Shown here piece after piece: positions 22,280 to 32,882 of a DNA stretch of 64,000 nt (its first letter is position 1; every line of letters begins with the position of its first letter). Location of the stretch: contig JAKLZA010000295.1 of assembly GCA_030704615.1 (NCBI GenBank), forward strand, positions 1 to 64,000. Reading direction: 5' to 3'. The notes under the pieces are model-generated. The model was not told the DNA's origin, searched no databases, and saw only the letters and a program-made list of their open reading frames with translations. The position numbers and the translations under genes are program-made. Source of the DNA: Takakia lepidozioides. Lineage: Eukaryota > Plantae > Bryophyta.

Positions 22280-23820
22280 GATATTTGGTGCCTGAATTGT
22301 AATGTACAACCACTTGGGGTACAATAAATCAGGCCTTCCCATGAATTTCGGCACCGAAATCTGGATGAACATCTCTGTCATGTAACAGCTTTGGAAGCCA
22401 GGGGATGAATTCTGGCAACAGAAATCGTAATTTGTTTCCTCATTAAACTGACCAAGCACCCAACGGATGGATTTCGGTGCCGAAATTCGGATGAACTTCT
22501 TCTTCATTAAATTGTATCTGCACATATGGGTTGAATTTAGATGCCAAAATACGGATGAATGTGTTCCTGATTACAGTCGTGATTCACCACGTGTCCGGAT
22601 ATCGGCCGACTTCCGAATGACAGTAATCCTGAATCGGCAGAATGGATGTATTTCGGCGCCGAAATTCATTCTTCATCTCCTTTTCCGACCCTAATTCTCT
22701 GCTGCCCTATGGATGGATTTCGTTGCCAGAATTCATCGGAAGTCCTTTCTGTTTTTATTTTTCTTTGCGACAGATGAACTTTGGCGCCGAATCTCATCCA
22801 AGTACTCCCTTTTAATTTTCTTTTTTCTCGCGAGCAATGAATTTCGGCGCCGAAATTCAACCGAAATCCTCCCGATTTTTTTTTTTCTTTCTTCGCGAGC
22901 ATTGAATTTTGGCGCCGAAATTCATTCCAAGTCCTCCGAATTTTTTTATTTTCCTTCGCGAGCAATGAATTTCGGCGCCGAAATTCATCCGAAGTCCTCC
23001 CGAATGTTTTTATTTTCTTTCGCGAGCAATGAATTTCGGCGCCGAAATTCAGCCGACTTCATCCCTCCAAATTCTTTTCAGGGTTTGAGCGCGGATTTCG
23101 GCGCCGAAATTCATCCAATGCCCTCCCTCCAATATTTATTTTTCTTTGAAATGGATCAATTTCGGCGCCGAAATTCATCCTTACTGTCCGCAATGAGTAA
23201 CTCTATTTACATTTTCTATGCGACGGATGAATTTCGGCGCCGAAATTCGTCCAAACCCGGCATTACTTTTTGCTTTGGATGATAATTTTCCGTAAATCGT
23301 TGGAAATACCCCGTTCCGACGAATATAACAGGAATATTCTGCATTTAATGGAGAAATCGGCATATTAAACCACTTCTGTCAAAATTAATTGCATTTTAGC
23401 CGTTTTTTTTCATTTGAAACCGACAGTATCCATTAAGTGGTCTTTTTCGCACGGGACGTTGCCGCCGCATATAAATAATTTCGGCGCCGAAATTATAGTT
23501 AAATGTCCACAATGGCAAGTCCAACAGGCATGGACAGCATCCGTCAGGGCAATGATGGCGGCAAAGCGTAGCATGGTGCCAATTTAGTCTTCGCTCTGGA
23601 TGAATTTCGCGGCGCGAAATAATGATGATTTCACCTCGTCTACGCGCGGACGGAGATATTCGTAATGAATTTCGGCGCCGAAATATGGATGAAATGTGCC
23701 CAAGTGCAACCGTTTCACTGTCCCGGAATTATTCCGGCTCCGATATCCCACTGACATGTTTGCTCATGACGGATGAGGACTTCGGAAGCGATGAATTGCG
23801 GCGCCGAAATTCATCCGTCC
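22280..23820. repeat. Array of ATGAATTTCGGCGCCGAAATTCAT palindromes (~60-bp period in 22640-23260)
   Basis: About ten spaced copies separated by T-rich spacers, with scattered copies extending to 23820. Confidence 0.9.
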
Positions 23821-24658
23821 GCTGTTGAAACGTACCGACCTGACTGTTGAATGTCATAGGCAGGGGATTTTCTTGGCGGTTGGGTTTCATGATGTGCGGA
23901 TATTTCATTCAATGCCGGCTGCTCCGGGAACAGCATCCGGTGTACGGAAGGTATTTCGGTGCCGCAATTCGGATAAACCGTCTTGTACTGGTGGCTGGAA
24001 CTGGCACGCGTCGTGTTCCAGTCGACTTCATCCGTGCGAACATGTCAGGGGTCACAATCTCTTCATCACCCATACGGCAAAAAGTGTTGGACGGTGGCAA
24101 CGCTTCGGGAGACGTGGCTGCTTACGCATCTGCTCGTGCATAGTGGTTGCATGTTCCACGCTTCGCTCTCTCGCTCCTTGCCCTTCTGCAGTGACGTTCT
24201 CCTGCGTTTCCTCTCCTTATGCGGCATAGTGGTAGCATAGAGTTTGTGGAAGGTCAGGCGACTCCGGCAAAGAGGAGGACGCGGGATTTTGGGAAGCCGC
24301 CGACGACACGACTTAAGCTCCGTCTCATGCATGAAATGCAGACCTCGTTATCCGGAGACTCGGATCGCCCACCAGTGAGAGATTCGTGCTTCGCGGATGT
24401 GAAGCACTCCATACGCAATATTCCTTTTACACCTTTTTTTTTGGCGTGCAGTGTCTCATGTTTTCCTGTTTGTTGACATGGGAGCTGGGGAGGGATCGCA
24501 GGGGGGCGAGGCAACACAGTCAACTTTGGATACTCCTGCCCGGGTGCTGCGCTCACAAGGTGGAAGTGCATCGAGGCAGACGAGTCCTCATTCAACACCA
24601 GATATCGCCTCCGAAAAGCCCACCTAGAGTTCGGAAGCCGAGAAAGCAGAAGGAGCCC

Positions 24659-26960
24659 ATGGCTTCGCCAGTAAAACCCCTAGGGAGACTGGAAGCGGAG
24701 ATATTGGGTTTGCAGTCAATTTCAGAAAACACAGATGCGGTGGAGGCCGCTGGAGATGTGGGAGTCGGATCTGCAGAAGGGCGGCCCATTCAACTGACAG
24801 AAGGAGAGGACGATAACGTGGTACGACTTGGCGACGATCAGAACCTGCTGGAGCTTGCGGAGGAGCAAAACCTCCAGGACAGTACACAGGCTGGTGAGAG
24901 GGGTGAGGGAAGTGACAGAGGTGATACAAGTAAGAAACTGGTGGCGGGTATGCTCATGAGCGCACGAGACATGAACATAGCAGCAAACAGGTTGCTGGCA
25001 GAGACTCATAGCAACATAGGCCGCGTTTTGGGCTCCATGGTGTATCCGGAGAACCTCAAAGTTCCTTTGTGTCGCATGGTAAGCCTTCCAGTTGTAAGGC
25101 AAGCACTGCCAGGGGATATCGATCGACTGAAGCACAACTTCAGAGAAGGGTACAGACGGGGGTCGGCAGCATTCTACGTTTCCATTGAGAATGACCAGGG
25201 TGTCACAAGGGGCCCCACTGCAGAGGGCTTCAGAATTGGGGCCCCCACTGGCACACTGTTAATGCCGAGTTTGAAGCCTATCTGAAGACTAATCCCACAT
25301 TCGCACACATGGAAGGGAAGATGTTCTTCGTTTTGGACGGGAACCACAGGATGCTTGCCTGGACAGAGTACATTGCTGAAATGCATCCGCAAGATATCAG
25401 TTGGCATTACATGGTGGACTGCATTGTCGTGAAGGTGGACGTCAGGGACAGAGGACTGTTGAAGGGTGCCATGGCGGATATAAATCTGTAAGTATACAAT
25501 TACATCCTTGTGTACTGCCTATTGCGGCGCCGAAATAGGCAATGTTCACCACTGTCATGCACTCTATGAACTGGAAATTGGATTGCTGTGCCGAAATCAT
25601 ATTTTCATGTTGTTTTTTTTCTCCATGGCAGGTAACAGAGAGGGCCTTCGTGGAAACTCATCTGGCACATACGCTCTACAGAGTGCAAGAAGTGGGGACA
25701 GCTCCGCTGACGGACTTCCAAAAGTCCCTCGATCCCGAGCTGTACAGGAAGTCCCTAGCGAAAGCAGATCGCACCTGGTACCGACCAACACTGGACGCCA
25801 TGGTGGAGATCCTCTTCGGTGAGGTTCATCTCAAATTTCAGTATCAATTTAATGTTATTTGTTGCAAGGATCCGTGGCCTGACTGTATCTGCTGGGTATG
25901 GGAATGCAGACGAACATCAGGGATGACTTGGCCTATGCCAAAAGGCAGTTCTTTGAGAATGATGCCCCCAACAAGGCGGACGCGTCGATAGAGAGTCATA
26001 TTGTGCAGGCAGGGAAGCAATCCCGGACCAAGTACAGGTCCAAACTTGTTAAGCAAGTTGCAATCGCTGACCCTGGTCTTGGTGCCGAGTTCCTGGCGGA
26101 GATAGGACTGCATTACTCCAGACCCATGAAACCGGAAATGTCCATGGAGAAACTTCATCACATCGCAGTGTCCTGTGTTGAGCCGGCGGAGAAGGTAAGC
26201 ATGTGTTTATTCTTGTTTTGTGACTTCTCGCGATTCTTATGTTGGAGTTCTTGTCTGACCGATGTGAGGTGGCTGCAGACGAGGTGGCTGCGAATCTGGA
26301 ACGGCCATACAAACACGAAGCTGCTGTACCACTTTCCCATCGAGCCAACAGACGACAAAATGAACGACTGGCTCAATGTCATGACTTGGTGGCATCAGGT
26401 ATAATTTTCTCCTATTCTGTGTTGGACATCGTCGCAATTTCAAAATCATGAATGTTTTTGGAAACCTGCCATGATGCAGGTACTGACCCACGCCCAGGAG
26501 CAATTGGACTGCAACACCACCACTTTCAAGTTACAGATCGACTGGACGAAGCCTGAGACAATGGAGAACTACGTGTAGTCGTGGGCGAGGGCGCTTCGCA
26601 AACCTCTTTTTCAGAGAAATTGCAAAGGTAAGACGCAGCGCAGCGTATACATCGAAGAGCAGGAGGGTGCCGACAAAGCGGCAATGCGTGTCCTGTTCAG
26701 GTAATCTGCTGACAATGCATCCCCCTATTTGCAGTTTAGATGATTTGGTTAAGCAGCGATGGATATTGCGGCGCCGAAATATACCTCTGCAAGATGTGAG
26801 TTCTGGGTAATTGGGGCACGGTCCACTCCGTATTTCGGTGCCGAAATACCTTGTGCATTGACGACTTCCACTTGCATGATGCATCGGTAGAATGATTTTT
26901 TGTTGAACTGCCTCGTGATTGCAGGTACATAAACTTTGCACTCATTCCGTCCGGAGCCAT
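24659..26960 (+). CDS. Spliced gene with a ParB/sulfiredoxin-like N-terminal domain, interrupted at the 3' end by an LTR
   Basis: KVPLCRM..VVRQAL..DIDRLKHNFREGY..FYVSI...FFVLDGNHRMLAW..VDCIVV follows the ParB/Srx pattern; GT-AG introns at ~25488-25631, 25824-25908, 26195-26278, 26399-26479 and from 26628. Start codon uncertain. Confidence 0.65.
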
Positions 26961-26964
26961 TCAA

Positions 26965-27500
26965 AGGGTTCCACCATTAGGCAGAGTAGCGACATGGAGG
27001 GGGTCACTTCTTGGAGCACTTCTTGGTCATCACTTGAGGAGATCAGGCGGAGAGCACGATCTTAGAGCATAGGGATGGAGATTACACAGAGGAGGAGATA
27101 CGATGAGATGATGCTTGATTCATGCAAGCTGTAGAGATGCAATGTAGAGCAGATTAGAGACACCATGGCTTCGGCCTGATACATGATAGATATTAATACG
27201 ATTCCTATTTCATATTCACACCGTGAGAGAGATATGAGTGAAGCTGTGGAATGAATGCTTGAGTAGTTGGAACATGGTAGATTGCAAAAGCAATCTAATA
27301 CTTAACCTAGATAGTAAGGTAACTTACTGAACATGAATGCAGGAAAGAATAGATATATGAAAGCACCCCATGATACACTAGATGTAGGTCATGACTGATT
27401 GTTCTGAGCGGGCTGAGTGCTTAGAGATTTCCAACTTTTCTATCTTGGAGTTTCCACCTCGGATAGCTAAGGGATGGGTGAGTATAAAAGCCGCTCGACA
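26965..27500 (+). repeat. 5'-truncated LTR, inverted homologue of 29113-29620
   Basis: 27380-27500 is close to the reverse complement of 29113-29232; ends ...TATAAAAGCCGCTCGACA. Confidence 0.75.
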
Positions 27501-27645
27501 GGGGTCCTTCCTCACCTTGGGAGAAGAGGGAGGCTTCAAAGGAGGCCGCAATGAGGTGGAAGGAGGAGGAAAGGAAGAGGGAGGAAGACAAGAAGAGAGA
27601 AGAGGGAAATAGGGGGCACGGGAAAGAGAGGGGGAAGAGGAGAGG

Positions 27646-28833
27646 GTGACACTGGCTTTGGAGGGCCCCTTGCAAAGTCCGTCACCTGAACGGTCAATGA
27701 AGAAGATCCTGGACTTTGGGGCGCCGCCTGCGAGTCTATTGAGTGCATGGGACAGGCTTCCACCCTTATTCCGAGAGGGCCTTATGGGGGCTGCACCACA
27801 AGGGGGACCGAGGGCAACATTGAGCTCATGGACGCAAAGGTGAGCCATTTTCCTTCACCTTGTTTTCTTTCCTTTGCTTTTCATTTTGTTTTCTGGTTTG
27901 TTTCTAATTTTGTAGGTTTTGTGTTCAGGAGCTTGGCGCATTCGTGGCTCAGATTGTGGCAGGCAGTGGGCCTGCCACCGACAAAGCAGGGACAACACGG
28001 TGGTGCATGCCCATGGGGATGGTAAGAGGAAGAGGAAAAGACCTCGTGTCCCCAAGGTTCCACTAATCATCAAGGACGGTAGGGAAGTACTGGAGGGGGG
28101 AGGGAAGTAGTCGAGGGGAAGGGGAAAGGACAGGCCCGGGAGAGGGAGTGTAAGAGAAAGAGGCGTAGAAGGAGAGAGGTGCAGCCGGGGGAGGGCACTA
28201 GTGGAGACGCACTTCACTTTGTCATTGGCGTCTTTTAATGCATCTTCATTGCGGTATGGAGTTCATTAACATTTATAGCGTCTTTCTTGGGGCTGGACAG
28301 GAATCTTGGGAGGCTCTCATTGCATGGGAGAGGGAAGAGCTGAAGGCGGAGGTCTTCGCAAGGGGCCGTGTGGCAACAGCAGCCCGCCTCGAGAAGTGTG
28401 TGGAATCAACACACAAGTGGGCCCCGGCGGAAGCAAGAGTTTTGTCACCCATTTGTAAGTGTTCTTTCTCTTGTCATACCCATTCTTCTTTTTAGCTTCT
28501 CCCTTCCATCATGAATTCTGACCTGTCATTGCATTTGTATGTCATGTGCAGAAAAAAGAAGTTTCATGGGCCTCCCTCTTCCATCGAGCACAACTTTGCA
28601 AGACTCAGGGGTGGAAGGCCCTTGTAGCCTCAATGGCCAAGGTGCCACAATTGATGGAGGATAGTGCATCTGTAGGGGTGCCCCGGCCGGATGGGGGAGA
28701 GCTAGTAGTAGCTGGGGGTGGTTCGAAGGATGATGTAATCTCGGACTCAGCCTCATCATCCTCCAAATTGGAGGCCCAGCGTAGCTTGCATTCCTGAGAC
28801 AATTACACCTATGACTCAGGTGATGAGGAGTGA
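27646..28833 (+). CDS. Possible spliced gene fragment of unknown function
   Basis: Exon-like blocks ~27646-27839, 27929-28021, 28281-28454 and 28552-28833 bounded by AG/GT with pyrimidine-rich introns. Confidence 0.3.
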
Positions 28834-29112
28834 GGGATGGTTCCTAGTTAGAGACATGTACATGTAGTACTCGCTTTATGTATATAATTTTTCAGTTGCG
28901 ATTCCAATCCTCATTCTAACCTTGATGGACATGTGGATTTGGGGGGTCGACCTATAGATTAGAATGCATGCAATTCTTGCAAGCACGAGGCGCACCCCAA
29001 CCCCGAGAAAACCCATACCCAACCCCCCCCCTCCAAGATCAAAGTTGTTCGGGTTCAATGGCCACCAATGGAGTAACGTCAGGAGGAAGTTAGAGAAGTG
29101 GGTGGTGGTGGT

Positions 29113-30104
29113 TGTCGCGCGGCTTTTACTCACCCATCCCTTCGCTATCCGAGGCGGAAACTCCTAGATAGAAGAGTTGGAAATCTCTAAGTACTCAGCC
29201 CGCTCAGAACAATCAGTCATGACCTACAACTATGTATCATGGGGGTGTTTCCTATTTGTTTCCCTTCCACTTCATGTTAGCTACTTACCATTGATAATAG
29301 TATCAGTTTGCTTCATCAATCTATCGGATTCCTTCAACTCATCCATTCACTCCACAGCTTCACTCAGATCTCTCTACACAGTGTGATTGTATCGTATAAG
29401 TATCAGATTATGATTATCAGGTATCAGGTGGCCGAAGCCATTGTGTCTCTAATCTGCTTTACAATATCACTACAGCTTTGCATATAACAAGCATCTGCTA
29501 ATCATCTCTCCTCCTTCACCGTGCTCTCCATGCTTGCTTCCAATCTTGCTCTCCGCCCGATCCCCTCTCTTCCTGACCAAGAAGTCCTCCCCCTGACGTG
29601 CTTCCAAGAATAACCCCCTTTCTCAGTCCTTGCTTCCCCTTTATCTTCCTACCCGTGGCTCTAACCGTTTCCCTCACTAACCGTCGTTCGTGAACTAACA
29701 TTCCATTTGCAGGTGTTGTTCCCCACAGTCGTTCCCTGTCCTGCTCTCCGTTCCCTATGGTCGTGACAGCTGTGTCAAGCTGTGACTGGCTGTGTGAAAC
29801 TGTGACGGGCTGTGACTGGCTGTGCGACGTGTGGCTGTCGGGCTGTGACTGGCTGTGTGGCTGTGTCGGCTGTGACGGGCTGTGTTGGCTGTGATGGCTG
29901 TGTCGGCGTGACGATTGTGACGGGCTGTGTTGGCTGTGTTGGCTGTGACGACTGTGACGGGCTGTGTTGGCTGTGATGGACTAACCCCCTTTTACAGTGT
30001 GCTGCTGTCACCCCTAAGGCTCATGTTGATCTCAGTCTGTGCAAAAATTAAGGGTACCCTACAGATCCCGTATAAGTGTCTAAGTCCCAGACAGTCCTCT
30101 AACA
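29113..30104 (-). repeat. 3' LTR (~990 bp) of a minus-strand LTR element, with internal GGCTGT/GTGAC repeats (29760-29980)
   Basis: Minus strand starts TGTTAG right after PPT GAGAGGGGAAGGGGTAA (30105-30122) and ends CGCGACA. Confidence 0.75.
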
Positions 30105-30135
30105 TTACCCCTTCCCCTCTCAAAAAGCCGTGTCC

Positions 30136-32882
30136 TCACGGTTTACTGATTGCGATTAGCAAACCTTTGTGAGTGAGCACCTTTCGGACGTTGAGAGTTT
30201 CGTGGCGGACTGTGTGTACGAGCCCGAGGTCTGTCACTGTTGACGGAGATATTTGAACAGTACCCGGATAAGTGAGGCCCTCTGGAGGCTGATACCGAGG
30301 TAACCTTTCAGGCATAGGAGACCCCCGTCGCTTCTTCTCTGCCATCTGTAATGCATAGTCTTCTCCCATGTCAAAAGAATCCGCTGAAGAAACAGTTGTA
30401 TCAGAATCCTCATCGCCTCTCAGGTGTTTTAATTGTCGAACTTTTTGTGGAATCCTCTGGGGGCATACAATGTTGTCCTACCATGTCTGGAAGTTTATAT
30501 TTTTACAACTTGCTGTAAACGCTGAACAGCAAAATTGGTGAAGACACTGAGTTCCTTGTCTGTCCAGGTGAGTGGGGTACCAATTACTTGTGCACCGTGC
30601 AAGTATTTCCATGCCACATGTCCCTTATAGAAAATATCATCAATGCCGAATTTCTGTGTTGACAAATTGTTCCAGGCCGCTTGAAACCATGAACAAATTT
30701 GAGAATCCTTTTTGCATCATAACTTTTGCCTCATATAGGTACATATGAGGTGGCACTGAAGGTAAAACCCAATGATCCCCACTGGAATAACTCAGAAAGC
30801 GCGCTTGCATCTTGTGCTGCTCAATGTGATAACGTACCAGAAAACAAGCAGCGTAGTATAACCCGCATCCCATGACAATACTTGCTACCTCCTTGGTCTT
30901 GGTATAAATGAATCCATGTACAACTTGGAAGACAATTAATTCCTTCAACATTGTACTTGCCTCATGCCAGTATTGTGCAAAGTGATGATCCTCAATATGT
31001 CGATTGTTCGGAAGAACTTTAGTCCTAGTTGCCACTGGCAGCCAAACACGCATGATTTGGTAATGTGCGAATGACTGCGGAAGACTAAATTCTTTCCAAG
31101 CCAAATCCAACATGATGGGAATTTGGTTGAAGGGCATAATCATAGCCCTACTGTACTCCCTTGCAGCTGGAGTTTTAGGTGGGTTAAAAGCAGCATTGCC
31201 CCATACCTCAGGCTGTGGTGGTTGTGGTGTGGTTGTAGTAACAACAGGTTCAGCTACTGGTACAGTGACTTGTTGTGGTGTTGGTGGTACTGGCTCTTGT
31301 ATCATTGGCATCTCATGCACCTCCTGTGAAGACTGAAAAGCCAAAGTTCTGGCTTGTAAATAAGAAGCCATTAGCTGTTCCTGAGGATATAGACTCTTTT
31401 GTCGATATTTGAAGTGAGGTCCTCCACTTGAGTCTGCAGTCCGTCTACATCCTCCTGTAACTCTGCTATCCTACTATAGACATTGTCTATAGTAATTGTG
31501 GCAATGTTCTGCACTTGCAGTCTGAGCTCATTCATTTCGCTTTGGGTGAGCTTTCGTGGTGCTTTGCCCTCCACTGGCCCTTGTGCTAACCAGACCTGCA
31601 TAAGGCTGTTATCCACCAAGTTGCTTGTGGTTCCTCTGAGAGTGTGCTCCTCTCTGAGTTTGTACACTTCTAACTGCTGTTGTAAAGCCTCCATGCGCTT
31701 CGCATGAGGTTCAACCAAATTCGCATAGGCAGCAAGTAGATTATTAGTTTCCCTCCAAGCCTTGTTAGTGACCGAGATTTCATTTCTATTGGCCACGAGC
31801 GTTTGTTGCAACTCCAGGATGTACTTCTCTTGTCAGCTTCAACCTGCCTGTATTGCTTGAAAGTATCCTCATTGCGACAGATTGTATTCTTCATATCGAC
31901 AATGAGTTTCATTTGCTCAACATTCTCTTGTTCTGCCTTCGTACATTTTTCCGCTTGACTGTTTATTTCTTTTGTAGATTTGTCAAGCATAGTTGTGAAT
32001 GTAGCACATTGTATCGCCATCCTGTCATGCACTGTCTGCAACTCCGTATGTAGTGCATTCACTTCTTGCAACTTGTTTTCATGCTGCACCTGCATTTGGT
32101 ATAGCTGTTGCTTATGTGCTTCGTGCGACTGGTCTTGGCGCGAGGCCTGCCTCAATCAATTGTTCCTTGGCCAATTGCAAAGCCGCTTCTGTATTTTGCA
32201 TCTTGAGAGTGACCTCCTCATCGACCTTGTTTGCACACTCAATGGCTAGTCGAGCCTCAAACTCCTTCCTGAGTTCCTCTCTCAAGGCTGTCAATTGGGT
32301 AGTTGGAACATGAGATTTGACATAAGTCCCCAACAAATTAAGTGTCCTGCCTATGGAACTCATCAGCATTGCCTGTTGAGGGTCATCATAGTGAGGTTGC
32401 TGCTATTCCTCCTGATCCTCAACCCTGTGATGTCTCACGAACCACTCAGGCCATTGCCCCACCGGATTTTCTTCCTGAACTACTTCATCCATCACCGGTG
32501 CTGCAGTGTCTTGACATTCTACTTGTGGTACCTCCGACACAGGTGTGTGTATTATATGCACCTCAGGATTTCCCTTGGGCAACTGTTGCACCTCTGGAAT
32601 CTCTGTCTCCTTGACCAGACCAGAATATTCATAGAGAAGGTCCCCCTTCTCAATTTCTGCCACTATCTGTTCTGTAGTTGGAATATCTAACCCTTCTTTT
32701 TCCAAATCAATTATTTCTGGTTGAGCTGCATGGACAACTTGTAACCTTGTGACAAGCCGATCAGCTGGCTGTGATGGTTGTGATACTGAAAGTAACTCCT
32801 CCCTCTCTAATTGATATCTCATACCAGTTGGTATTGTGGTCATGATACTCACACTCATACCAATATCTGGAAAAAAATACAT
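30136..32882 (-). pseudogene. Long orphan ORF (~900 codons when joined): acidic N-terminus, coiled coil, Pro/Thr linker, globular C-terminus
   Basis: Consecutive minus-strand ORFs linked by stops or frameshifts, ending ~15 bp before the PPT. Confidence 0.6.

Noticed and set aside
10500-23820. Regularly spaced palindromes resembling a CRISPR array
   Set aside because: Spacers are themselves similar to each other, no cas genes are present, and the context is eukaryotic and spliced; better explained as transposon subterminal repeats.
26965-29700. DIRS-like element with inverted terminal repeats
   Set aside because: No tyrosine recombinase or RT; the copies are diverged and one has a PPT and TG...CA, so they are ordinary LTRs.
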